Source: an uncultured Clostridia bacterium
GTDB taxonomy: Bacteria > Bacillota > Clostridia > Christensenellales > Borkfalkiaceae
Length of the DNA stretch: 64,000 nt
Direction: 5' to 3'
Assembly (NCBI GenBank): GCA_934796775.1
Contig: CAKVPH010000008.1
Coordinates: forward strand, 19,136-83,135
The stretch's first letter is position 1. The number at the start of each line of letters is the position of its first letter. A program made the translations under genes and the position numbers. Below the pieces are notes generated by a model. It did no database searches. It was not told the DNA's origin and worked only from the letters and a program-made list of their open reading frames with translations. Shown one piece after another: positions 19,174 through 28,522 of the stretch.

Positions 19174-20613
19174 ATGAGTAAAACATTATTAAAAACAATG
19201 GCACTCGCTCTGTCGGTTGCATGCGTTATGTTCTCGGCTTGCACGACAAGTGGCAATAACTCTTCTTCGTCGTCATCAAGCGGCAAAACTACGCCCGTAA
19301 TCGAAAAAGAAACCATTCCCGATTACTATCAGAATAAAGGCGAAAACAATTTTATAGTGGGAATGTGGAGCGGCATAGCCGAAAATAAGACTTACGTTGA
19401 CGAGTTTTACAGAGTAACCGGCACAGCCGCCTGGACTGACGCCGAGTTCGATAATCAGTACAAACTCATAAAAGAAGCAGGTTTTACGTTAGCCGCCACA
19501 CCCATAGGTTTGTTTTCGAACGACCATATAATAAGGCTTTTAGAATCCGCCGAAAAATACGGTCTTAAACAGCTCGTATGGGATAGTGCGCTCAACAATA
19601 TTTTAATGGATTCTTCTTTAAGCGAAGAAAATGCAGTTGTAAAAGCAAGGCGTGCGGTGGTTGATTATATCGATTACGATAGTTTTTACGGCAATATGAT
19701 AACCGACGAGCCGAATTCCAAGGAATTCGACGCGCTCGCCCGTGCCGCAAAAATATATAAAAAAGCCTTCCCCGATAAGATGTTTTATTTAAATCTTTAT
19801 CCTGTTCTGGCAACTCCTTTGCAGACGGGTGAAGACGATTATACCGAATATTTAAGAAAGTACGAAAGTTTAGGGCTTGATTACGTATGTTACGATAATT
19901 ATCCCTTAAAGCGCGGCACAGGCGGAACTACAGTGCTTAAAGATAATTTTGTGTATAACATGCAGCTTGCAAACGCCATGCAGACCAAACCCAAGGTATG
20001 GAGCTTTTTACAGTCCATGGGCTTTGGAGGAATGAAAGAACCAGACTGCGTTGAAGATTTCCGTATTCAGCTCAACATTGCGCTTGCAAACGGGCAGAGT
20101 GCGATTCAGTGGTTCTGTTATTTCTCGCCCGGATACGGCGGATCCGAAAACTTTACTCCCGCAATAATAATGATGGACGGCACTCCTACCGAAAAATACG
20201 ATTATGTTAAAACAGTAAATAACGAAATAGCTGCCTGGGGCGATATTTATTCGCGCTTTGCATTTAAAAAATCCATGAACGTAGTAGGAAGCGAAAACCA
20301 AAAAGGCGAAAACGCCGCATTCAACTATATTAAAACCGATAATTCGCACGACCGCATAAAAAGTCTTTCCGTAAGCAAAGATACTATAATAGGCGTGTTT
20401 AAAGACGACGAAAACCGCGACGGTTTTATGGTTACGAATTACGACATACCCTCTTCAAAGCAGGTAAGCAAAGTTGAAATTTGTTTTCACGGTTGCACTA
20501 AGGCGATAGTTATAAAAAACGGCGTAAAGAGCCTTATAGACGTATCGGACGGCAAAGTCAGCTTAGATTTAAAAGCGAGCGAAGGCGCGTTCGTAATACC
20601 TTTGAATATCTGA
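19174..20613 (+). CDS. lipoprotein, TIM-barrel glycoside-hydrolase-like (unclassified family)
   Basis: Lipobox MFSAC and Ser-rich linker; ITDEP, NLYP and CYDNYP motifs; paralogue of 26521-27594. Confidence 0.5.
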   Translation: MSKTLLKTMALALSVACVMFSACTTSGNNSSSSSSSGKTTPVIEKETIPDYYQNKGENNFIVGMWSGIAENKTYVDEFYRVTGTAAWTDAEFDNQYKLIKEAGFTLAATPIGLFSNDHIIRLLESAEKYGLKQLVWDSALNNILMDSSLSEENAVVKARRAVVDYIDYDSFYGNMITDEPNSKEFDALARAAKIYKKAFPDKMFYLNLYPVLATPLQTGEDDYTEYLRKYESLGLDYVCYDNYPLKRGTGGTTVLKDNFVYNMQLANAMQTKPKVWSFLQSMGFGGMKEPDCVEDFRIQLNIALANGQSAIQWFCYFSPGYGGSENFTPAIIMMDGTPTEKYDYVKTVNNEIAAWGDIYSRFAFKKSMNVVGSENQKGENAAFNYIKTDNSHDRIKSLSVSKDTIIGVFKDDENRDGFMVTNYDIPSSKQVSKVEICFHGCTKAIVIKNGVKSLIDVSDGKVSLDLKASEGAFVIPLNI

Positions 20614-20671
20614 AAAAATAACGGCAAGCTGAAAAGCGTAAGCCGTAACTTAAATATCAGGAGGAAATAAA

Positions 20672-22117
20672 ATGAAGAAAATTTTGGCGTTTTTATTGTG
20701 CATAATCGCTGTTTTATCGGTTGTGGCATGTAAAAAACCGCAGGTTGAAGACAGCGACGGCATAACCGTAGTAAACAACGGCGACCGTATTTATGCTACG
20801 GACGCAGATCAAAAATCGCTTTCGGTTATCAAAATCGGATTTACCGAAGCAGGCTTTGGCAGAGAATGGCTTGTTGAAATAGCAAAAAGCTTTATTAAAG
20901 CAAACGATTCTTACGAAATTCGTCTTGAAGGCGATCCGAGCTTAGCCGACTCTATGTCCACAAAACTCGACTCGGGCGAAAACTTAAGCGATATATTTTT
21001 CCCGCTCAACTCCGCGTGGGAAGTGTATGCGTCTAAAGGACAATTAGAGCCGCTCGACGACGTTTATGCCTCTAAGCCCGACGGCGAAAGCGGCGAAACG
21101 GTAGAGCAAAAGACAGACGAAAATTATAAAACATACGCTAAATACACAACCAAATACGGCACGCATTACTACATGCTTCCGTGGAACGACACCGTTACCG
21201 GCATTGTATATAACGTAAAGATGTTTAATGAGTACGGTTGGAAAATTCCCGAAACTACCGACGAACTCGAAGAATTATGTAAAAAAATCATAGCGGATAC
21301 CAAAGATAAGGTTAAACCCTTTGCATATCCCGGCAAGATAGGCGGATATTTTGATTATATAGGATCTACCTGGTGGATGCAGATAAGCGGAATAGACGGA
21401 GTAAAGAGCTTTTTCGACTTTGATTCGGCAGAAGTTTATAATCCCGCAACTCAGCCCGCGCTCGGCAAAAAGCAGGCTTTGGAAGAATTCTTGCGTTTTT
21501 ACTCGCCCGATAAAGGTTACTGTATTTCCGGTAGTATGAGTAAAGACCATACCACTTCGCAAATGGACTTTATCAACGGCAAAGCCGCAATGATACTGAA
21601 CGGTAACTGGATGGAATGCGAAATGAAGACTAACATGGACGAAGATTTTACCATGGGTATGATGAGCGTTCCTTACGTTAAAAACGCTAAAAAGGACGCA
21701 GACGGAAATTACGTTAAAGTTAATTATACCGCTCCTCCCGATTACATAATAATTCCCAAGGAAGCGGCAAATATCAGCGGAGCAAAGAAGTTCTTAACGT
21801 TTATGACAAGCGACGAAATGTTAAAACTCTATACAAAAATAACCGGTAGCCCGCGTCCGTTCTATTACGATCTTGCTTCTATCGACGGACTTTCAAAGTT
21901 CAATCAGGACGTACTTAAATTAAGAGCGGAATCGAATACCATGTTCGACTTTTCGCGCAAAGGCGTTTATATGTACGGATATGCACCCAAATACATAGGC
22001 GGTCAGCCGTATTCCGCGCTTATAAGGGGAGAGATGACTCCGCAGAGATTTTGCAATCTCGAATACGTAGAAGCGGACGATAACTGGGACGAATGGCTTT
22101 CCAAATCCAACTTGTGA
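20672..22117 (+). CDS. sugar ABC transporter substrate-binding lipoprotein
   Basis: Lipobox SVVAC; size and composition of family-1 extracellular solute-binding proteins; followed by permeases. Confidence 0.8.
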   Translation: MKKILAFLLCIIAVLSVVACKKPQVEDSDGITVVNNGDRIYATDADQKSLSVIKIGFTEAGFGREWLVEIAKSFIKANDSYEIRLEGDPSLADSMSTKLDSGENLSDIFFPLNSAWEVYASKGQLEPLDDVYASKPDGESGETVEQKTDENYKTYAKYTTKYGTHYYMLPWNDTVTGIVYNVKMFNEYGWKIPETTDELEELCKKIIADTKDKVKPFAYPGKIGGYFDYIGSTWWMQISGIDGVKSFFDFDSAEVYNPATQPALGKKQALEEFLRFYSPDKGYCISGSMSKDHTTSQMDFINGKAAMILNGNWMECEMKTNMDEDFTMGMMSVPYVKNAKKDADGNYVKVNYTAPPDYIIIPKEAANISGAKKFLTFMTSDEMLKLYTKITGSPRPFYYDLASIDGLSKFNQDVLKLRAESNTMFDFSRKGVYMYGYAPKYIGGQPYSALIRGEMTPQRFCNLEYVEADDNWDEWLSKSNL

Positions 22118-22130
22118 GGAATAGTTTTTA

Positions 22131-23069
22131 ATGGAATCGCAAGATCTTAAACGAAAACGCAAAACTAAAATTAAACGCGCGCTGTTTATAGCGTCGTTTA
22201 TAGGAATTCCTATTTTGCATTTTCTCGTATTTAATCTGTACGTCAATATAGATACGGTTGTACTGTCGTTTCAAAAATTCAGCAACCAGAAAGGCGCGTA
22301 TATACTCGTAGGGTTTTTAAACTACAAAGAATTTTTCGAGTCGTTTTCGGCTCCGGGCAGCGTTTTAGGAAAAGCAATAGTCAATTCGATTTTGTTTTTT
22401 GTGGTAAACGACTTTGTAATTTTACCGCTCGCGTTTATTTCGGCGTACTTTATGTATAAAAAAATATTGCTGGCAAATATGTTCCGCGTGCTGTTCTTCT
22501 TGCCGTCTATTATATCGGTAGTCGTTTTAACAATGCTCTTCTCGTTTATGTTCGACAGCTCTATCGGAATAGTCGATTCTTTTTTCGAGCTTATCGGCAG
22601 GGAAGATTTAATTCCCGCGCTCGGCTGGTTCGGCGATTCAAAAACGGCAATGCCGGTAGTGCTTTTGTACTGCATCTGGGCGGGCATCGGCTCTAACGTA
22701 GTGCTTATATCTGGCGCAATGAGCCGTATTCCGCAAGAAATGATAGAAGCGGGAAAACTCGACGGACTCACGTTTTTTAAAGAAATGGTAAAAATAACGC
22801 TTCCGCTTACAGGTTCGCTTTTGGCAACGCTTATGATGATGGGCGTTCCCGTAATCTTTACTTTGTTTTTACAACCCATGCTTTTAACAAACGGCGGGCC
22901 TGACGGCGCAACTTACACAATAGGCTTGTACATAGTCAGTCAGATAAGAACCAACAGCAACTTAACCATAGGCGCAACCGTTGGCGTTATATGCGCGGCA
23001 ATCGGCACGCCCATAGTAATACTGCTCAGAAAATTAGTGGAGAACACGTTCCCCGCTTATGAATATTAG
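22131..23069 (+). CDS. sugar ABC transporter permease (MalF/LplB type)
   Basis: Six TM helices; EAA loop EAGKLDGLTFFKEMVKITLP. Confidence 0.85.
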   Translation: MESQDLKRKRKTKIKRALFIASFIGIPILHFLVFNLYVNIDTVVLSFQKFSNQKGAYILVGFLNYKEFFESFSAPGSVLGKAIVNSILFFVVNDFVILPLAFISAYFMYKKILLANMFRVLFFLPSIISVVVLTMLFSFMFDSSIGIVDSFFELIGREDLIPALGWFGDSKTAMPVVLLYCIWAGIGSNVVLISGAMSRIPQEMIEAGKLDGLTFFKEMVKITLPLTGSLLATLMMMGVPVIFTLFLQPMLLTNGGPDGATYTIGLYIVSQIRTNSNLTIGATVGVICAAIGTPIVILLRKLVENTFPAYEY

Positions 23070-23080
23070 GAGGAAAATTT

Positions 23081-25567
23081 ATGAAAAAATTTCTTAAGCT
23101 CATCACATGTCTTGTCGCGGCGGTAATAGTAATTTCCGCATTACACGTCGGGACTAACGCCACCGTGCAAGCTGCTACAAAACGCACTTCTGTAGTTGCA
23201 AGCTTGCTTACGAACAAAGGAAAAGTCAACTCTGCCGACTGGTCGGTCGAAGGCGACAAAAACAATCTTTCAATTTCAAACAACGGTAAAGTATTTAAAA
23301 TAAGCGGCGCACCGTGGCCGGGTTATCGTATTTTTCCGTATGATTCAATTCCCGGCGGCAACGGCTACTATGTGGAACTTGACGTACTAAAAACTAACGA
23401 AAGCAATGCAAAAATCAATCTTTCGGGCTGGGTTACCAACTGGGGTAACGGCGCGGCAAGTAACATTTATGTATCTTCTATAGGAATAGATCCGGGTTTA
23501 GGCACAAACTACGGCGCAAACGGAAACAAAGACGCCGTCTGGAACGGCGTAAACGCAGTTTTGAAAGGCGGATTCAGATATCGTTTCTGGTTCAGAGTAA
23601 ACCCTGACGACGCAACCCGCGGCGATCTTATTGTTTATCAAAAAGATCTTTCGGTTGAAAACTCTGAATTTGTAGAAGGCTGTGTTTTATATAAACTCTG
23701 CACTATAGACGACAGCGCGCATTACGCACATCTCTATTTTGAAGGCGATCTCGTTGTAGATAACTTCGCGTTCAAAAAAGAGGACGGCACCGTAATTTTC
23801 GAAAACGATTTTTCAGACGTTTCTATTATTGATATGAACGGAATTCCGCAGAGCGGAAAAATGTACAAAAGCGGCGGCGAAGTAGTAAACGATTCTTATC
23901 TTGCTTTAAACGGAGAAGAAAGACTTATTTCTGCTTTAAAAGTTGAAAAGGGCGAAGGTTTAAGCAAGGTTTTCGAACTTAAAACTTCGGTTAAAGTATC
24001 TTCTACTGCAGGCAAAGCAGGTATTATGCTCGGTATGAAAGACGAAACCGCCGGGTTCGGTTCGGATAAAGCCTATACGCTCGCTTTTGAAAACGTATCC
24101 GACGGCACTGCAACCACTACCGAAATGAAGCTTATAAGCGGAGAAAAAGTTCAGTCTTATAACTTAGGTATTTGTTTAAACGACGATTTCCACGAACTTA
24201 AAGCTTCGGGCGACAGCACGGGCAAACTCGAAGTAACCGTTTCAGGCGCAAAAAACGAAAGTTACGTATTTGAAAACGTTGACTTCTTAGGTTATATAGG
24301 TTTAGCAACCGATAAAACCGCGGGTGCGGAAATTGCATTCACTCCCGAATTTACCGTTGACAGCTACACCGGAGAAGTCGGAACGGGCGCGGATATAGCA
24401 AACAACTTCAATACCGGCTATATCAATCCTTCCGTTTACGAAAACGACACTCACCCCGCTGTAACGCTTGGCGAAAACGGCAAGGGTATAGTTGCAAAAG
24501 ACGGAATTTTGAAATTCGACGGAACTTCCGACGGCACTCACTTTGCCATTAACGGAATTTATGCTGACTTTATTATGCAGTTCGACTGGATCAACTATGC
24601 TTGGAGTGACAGACCTACTGCCGAAGACGGAACCGTTTTCAGAAAAGCTAAACCTGCCGACGGCAAAGCTACCGAACTTTATTCGCCTTTAGGTATAGCT
24701 TTCGGTAAAAAGACCACTACAGGCGGCTGGGCAGATACCAAACTTTTAAGAATTTTCGATTCGTTGAACCTTGTTCAGTTCTTAAATAATGACGAAGGCG
24801 GCCTTGCTTATAACGAATGTATGGGAACAGGATTTGCTACTCCCGAACAGGTTGCGGATATCAAAGACGGAAAGATCAATCTTTACGAAGAAACCGTAAA
24901 TCTTAAAATAGTTGCTTTAAACGGCAACCTGAAAGTTTACGGCGTAATTATTAAAGACGGCGTAGCCGACGGCGAACATAAGCTCATAGCCGAATTCCCG
25001 TATGAAAACTGCACCGGTTATATCTCGATTTCTACCGGTGAAGCGGCATATTTCGGAATAGATAACTTAAGAATTACCAAGATTGACGGTTGGACGGACG
25101 AACAACTTGCCGCATACGACAACTTTGCTCAGATTGCGGACGAAAAAGCCCCCGAAACCTTAACGGTTCCCGTTTTAAGCGTAAACGAAAAGACCGTTTC
25201 GTGGGAAGCAGTAGCAAACGCTACGGGTTATATAGTAACCGTAAACGGCGTTGCAGGCGAGAAAATTACCGATACGAGTTTTGTACTTGACAAAACCGAA
25301 GTCGGCGACTACGTTATAACCGTAAAAGCTATAGGCGACGGAGAAAAGTATCTCGACAGTGCAGACAGCGAGTCCGTAACGATAACAATAGCTGCGCCTG
25401 CTCCCGATTCGTCATCAGGCGGAACTTCGGCAAGTTCGTCATCAGGCGAAGGAAGCGAACAGACCGAAGACTGCAGCAGCTGCGGCGGTTCTATGGCAGG
25501 CTCTGCGCTTTTATGCTTAGGCTTAGGCGTTGCCGCTTACGCGATTATAAAAAAGAAAAACAGATAA
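23081..25567 (+). CDS. secreted cell-surface protein with ConA/LamG-like (DUF1080-like) modules, an Fn3 domain and a C-terminal TM anchor
   Basis: Sec signal ending VQA-A; Fn3-like SWEAVANATGYIVTVNG; Ser/Gly linker, then hydrophobic helix and KKKNR tail; no LPXTG. Confidence 0.6.
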   Translation: MKKFLKLITCLVAAVIVISALHVGTNATVQAATKRTSVVASLLTNKGKVNSADWSVEGDKNNLSISNNGKVFKISGAPWPGYRIFPYDSIPGGNGYYVELDVLKTNESNAKINLSGWVTNWGNGAASNIYVSSIGIDPGLGTNYGANGNKDAVWNGVNAVLKGGFRYRFWFRVNPDDATRGDLIVYQKDLSVENSEFVEGCVLYKLCTIDDSAHYAHLYFEGDLVVDNFAFKKEDGTVIFENDFSDVSIIDMNGIPQSGKMYKSGGEVVNDSYLALNGEERLISALKVEKGEGLSKVFELKTSVKVSSTAGKAGIMLGMKDETAGFGSDKAYTLAFENVSDGTATTTEMKLISGEKVQSYNLGICLNDDFHELKASGDSTGKLEVTVSGAKNESYVFENVDFLGYIGLATDKTAGAEIAFTPEFTVDSYTGEVGTGADIANNFNTGYINPSVYENDTHPAVTLGENGKGIVAKDGILKFDGTSDGTHFAINGIYADFIMQFDWINYAWSDRPTAEDGTVFRKAKPADGKATELYSPLGIAFGKKTTTGGWADTKLLRIFDSLNLVQFLNNDEGGLAYNECMGTGFATPEQVADIKDGKINLYEETVNLKIVALNGNLKVYGVIIKDGVADGEHKLIAEFPYENCTGYISISTGEAAYFGIDNLRITKIDGWTDEQLAAYDNFAQIADEKAPETLTVPVLSVNEKTVSWEAVANATGYIVTVNGVAGEKITDTSFVLDKTEVGDYVITVKAIGDGEKYLDSADSESVTITIAAPAPDSSSGGTSASSSSGEGSEQTEDCSSCGGSMAGSALLCLGLGVAAYAIIKKKNR

Positions 25568-25593
25568 TTTAAAATTTTAAGGCACAACACGTT

Positions 25594-25622
25594 TTGCGAA
25601 GCGGAAAAAAACCGCTTCGCAA
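25594..25622 (+). other. 11-bp perfect hairpin without a U tract, inside the operon
   Basis: TTGCGAAGCGG-A7-CCGCTTCGCAA between the surface-protein gene and the second permease gene. Confidence 0.8.
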
Positions 25623-25654
25623 GGCAAAAATTATAAAAGGTTAAGGCATTATAA

Positions 25655-26521
25655 ATGGCTGCAAAATATAAAATCAAACAATACAGCACAGGCGAAAAAG
25701 TTATTATGGGAGTTGCTTTCGCGCTCTTTTTGTTGTATTCGATAACGCTTATATTTCCGTTTGTGTGGTGTTTTTATAATTCATTCAAAACCAACCGCGA
25801 GTTTTTCAGCGACGTATGGAGTTTACCGCAGGAATGGTTGTTTTCCAACTGGGGCGACGCGTTCAATCTGTCGGTTAGCGGCGTGGATATAGGCGGAATG
25901 TTTTTAAACAGTATAATCATGACGGTAGTAAATACTTTAATAAGCATTTTTATGTCCGCCATGACGGCTTACATAATCGCAAAATATCCGTTTAAAGGAA
26001 GTGCCGCGTTTTACGTTACCGCGCTTGTCCTTATGATGATTCCGTCTGTCGGGTCAATGGCTGCGACTTATAAAATGTATAACGAACTCGGTCTTTACGA
26101 TACGTATATCGGTATATTCATAGGAGCGTTCGGCGGATTCGGTTCAAGCTTTATATTGCTTTACGGATTTTTTAAAAACCTTGAATGGAGTTTTGCCGAA
26201 GCCGCTTTTATAGACGGAGCAAACGATTACATAGTCTTTTTTAAGATTATGCTTCCCATGGCTCTTCCGGGGCTTATTTCGGTCGGTATTTTGTCCGCAA
26301 TAGGCGTTTGGAACGATTATTTTACCATTTATATGTATGCGCCGTCAAAGGTAACAATCGCGGTAGGACTGCAAGGTCTTATAAGCAGAATGCAGTTTAA
26401 AGCCAACTATCCGCTCTTATTTGCGGTCATGATAATGTCAATTATTCCCGTAATAGCCGTATTTTCGGCGTTCCAGAAAACAATTATGAAGAATACCACG
26501 CTCGGAGGAGTGAAAGGCTGA
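25655..26521 (+). CDS. sugar ABC transporter permease (MalG/LplC type)
   Basis: Six TM helices; EAA loop EAAFIDGANDYIVFFKIMLP. Confidence 0.85.
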   Translation: MAAKYKIKQYSTGEKVIMGVAFALFLLYSITLIFPFVWCFYNSFKTNREFFSDVWSLPQEWLFSNWGDAFNLSVSGVDIGGMFLNSIIMTVVNTLISIFMSAMTAYIIAKYPFKGSAAFYVTALVLMMIPSVGSMAATYKMYNELGLYDTYIGIFIGAFGGFGSSFILLYGFFKNLEWSFAEAAFIDGANDYIVFFKIMLPMALPGLISVGILSAIGVWNDYFTIYMYAPSKVTIAVGLQGLISRMQFKANYPLLFAVMIMSIIPVIAVFSAFQKTIMKNTTLGGVKG

Positions 26522-27594
26522 TGAACGATTTCAATAAATTTATTTTTGAAAAAACGGGTAAATTTCCTATAGGCGCATGGGTTCCGTATTATCGCGATGC
26601 TTTAACGCAAGAACGTTTAAGAGTAATTGCCGAAAGCGGAATAAACTTTTTACCCACTATCACTTGCGGAAAAGCCGAGCGCGATATGCTTTCAGAAGCA
26701 GGACTAAAAATTTTAGTCAACGACGACAGGGTAACTTATTGTAACGTTACGGGTATAGGTAAGGTGGAAGAATGGCTTTCCGAATACATGGACGATCCCG
26801 ATATCATGGGCGTTTTTGTATGGGACGAACCGTCGCCCACAATGATGCGTCTTTGCGGGGCAATAAACCAGACCATTCAACAGGCTTGCAAAAACACCTT
26901 CGGGTTTATAAATCTGCACCCCGAATATTCCGATAAAAAGCTTCAGCGCGACGGACTTTCGTATGAAGAATATCTTGAATTTTTCATAAAAAGCTGTTCG
27001 CCTAAAGTTATTTGCTACGATAACTATCCGTTTTATGAAGACGGTTTTCACGATAAATCCTTTTTTTATAACTTGTCGGCAATAAGAAATCTTGCAAAAA
27101 AACATTCTCTGCCGTTCTGGGCGTTTATTCAAAGTTCGTCGTTTGGTAAAAACGTAACGCCGAATAAAGCCGAAATGCTCTTTCAGATAAACGCAAGCAT
27201 AGCTTACGGCGCGCAGGGGTATTTGTATTTTACATATGGCGAAGTCGTACACGAAAACGGCTTCGGAAGCGGTTTGGTAGATAAAAACGGCAATAAAACC
27301 GAGTTGTATTCGTCGGCTAAACAAATCAACGAATATATAACTGAAAACAGCAAAATTTTGCTTTCGCTTGAGCCTTTGGGCGTTCGTTTTTACGGGAAGT
27401 ATGAGAAATATTCGGATTATAACGCAGATTTTTCAGGAAAAGTAAACGGCAACGTGCTTTTAGGTTTTTTAAAAGGCGAATCACAAAATTACGTCTATGC
27501 CGTAAATACCGATTTTGCAGATCGCGCTTGCGTTTCCTACAACAACGTAGATTATGCGTTGAATGCGGGCGAGGGCGTACTTATTAAATTATAA
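26521..27594 (+). CDS. cytoplasmic TIM-barrel glycoside-hydrolase-like protein (paralogue of 19174-20613)
   Basis: Shares VWDEP, NLHP, CYDNYP, WAFIQSSSFG and YLYFTYG blocks with the lipoprotein paralogue; ATGA start/stop overlap with the permease gene. Confidence 0.5.
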   Translation: MNDFNKFIFEKTGKFPIGAWVPYYRDALTQERLRVIAESGINFLPTITCGKAERDMLSEAGLKILVNDDRVTYCNVTGIGKVEEWLSEYMDDPDIMGVFVWDEPSPTMMRLCGAINQTIQQACKNTFGFINLHPEYSDKKLQRDGLSYEEYLEFFIKSCSPKVICYDNYPFYEDGFHDKSFFYNLSAIRNLAKKHSLPFWAFIQSSSFGKNVTPNKAEMLFQINASIAYGAQGYLYFTYGEVVHENGFGSGLVDKNGNKTELYSSAKQINEYITENSKILLSLEPLGVRFYGKYEKYSDYNADFSGKVNGNVLLGFLKGESQNYVYAVNTDFADRACVSYNNVDYALNAGEGVLIKL

Positions 27595-27595
27595 T

Positions 27596-27628
27596 TTAAA
27601 AAAAGGCTTGTTTTTGCCTTTTTTTTAT
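27596..27628 (+). terminator. probable terminator
   Basis: A-run/AAGGC ... GCCTT/T-run hairpin. Confidence 0.5.
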
Positions 27629-27670
27629 GCTAAACTTATTGTAATAAAAAGGTATAGGGCGGAAAAAACT

Positions 27671-28522
27671 ATGAAATACGTCTGTTTTACGGCTGAAAAG
27701 ATGCCGAGAGTAATGTATGCGCACGAATGTGTTATCGACGACGTAAAAACAAAAATGCGTTCAAATTCGTATTACGAGCTTACGCTTGTAGAAGGCGGGG
27801 CTTTGCGCATAAAAAGCGATGAACTCGGCTTAGACGAAACCGCAACCGAAGGGCATTTTTTATTTATGCCAAGCGGCGTTGCTTACGAAACTATCATTTA
27901 CGGACAGATGAAACATAGTTGCGTGGCATTTTTTGCCGACGATAAATGCGAAATAGTAGACGAGCAAGACGTGGTTTTCAATAAATCCGATAATAGCGTT
28001 TTTATAAGCCTGGGAAAAATTTACGTTCCTGTTTCGGGTAAGGTTACAAAACTTAAAACAAAAGACGTTATTTCGCGTATTATAGACGCTTGCAACGATC
28101 AGCAGGACGAATACGCAAATTTAAAATGTTCGCATCTTGCCGTTGAACTTCTTTTATCGGTTGCAAGAACGCAAAATCACGGCAGAAATTTGCCCAGCGA
28201 CGAGTATTACGCCGAAAAAATAAACAAATATATTTCATTTTCTTACAGCGATCCCGAAATCTGTTTGAACCTTATTGCCGAAAAAGTCGGGTTGCACCCA
28301 AACTATTTAAGCGCGGTTTACAAACGCGTTACGGGCAATAACGTAATGGCGGCGGTAAGGGAATTAAGAATAACTCAGGCTAAAAAATTGCTTAAATTAA
28401 ATAAATATCTGGTAAAAGACGTCGCAAGGCTCGTCGGCTTTACCGACTATAATTATTTTTCCGCCGTGTTCAAAAAGACGACCGGCGTTACCGCAGAAGA
28501 GTTTTATAAAGGTAAATGGTAA
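27671..28522 (+). CDS. AraC family transcriptional regulator
   Basis: C-terminal double HTH (LIAEKVGLHPNYLSAVYKRVTG ... VARLVGFTDYNYFSAVFKK); start trimmed to ATG 27671. Confidence 0.8.
   Translation: MKYVCFTAEKMPRVMYAHECVIDDVKTKMRSNSYYELTLVEGGALRIKSDELGLDETATEGHFLFMPSGVAYETIIYGQMKHSCVAFFADDKCEIVDEQDVVFNKSDNSVFISLGKIYVPVSGKVTKLKTKDVISRIIDACNDQQDEYANLKCSHLAVELLLSVARTQNHGRNLPSDEYYAEKINKYISFSYSDPEICLNLIAEKVGLHPNYLSAVYKRVTGNNVMAAVRELRITQAKKLLKLNKYLVKDVARLVGFTDYNYFSAVFKKTTGVTAEEFYKGKW

Noticed and set aside
26713-27324. 203-aa antisense ORF, and similar long shadow ORFs at 22322-22879, 55053-55688, 36386-36943, 31814-32338, 1593-2033 and 11755-12174
   Set aside because: Each lies opposite a CDS with clear family motifs, lacks an RBS, and has the biased composition typical of antisense frames.
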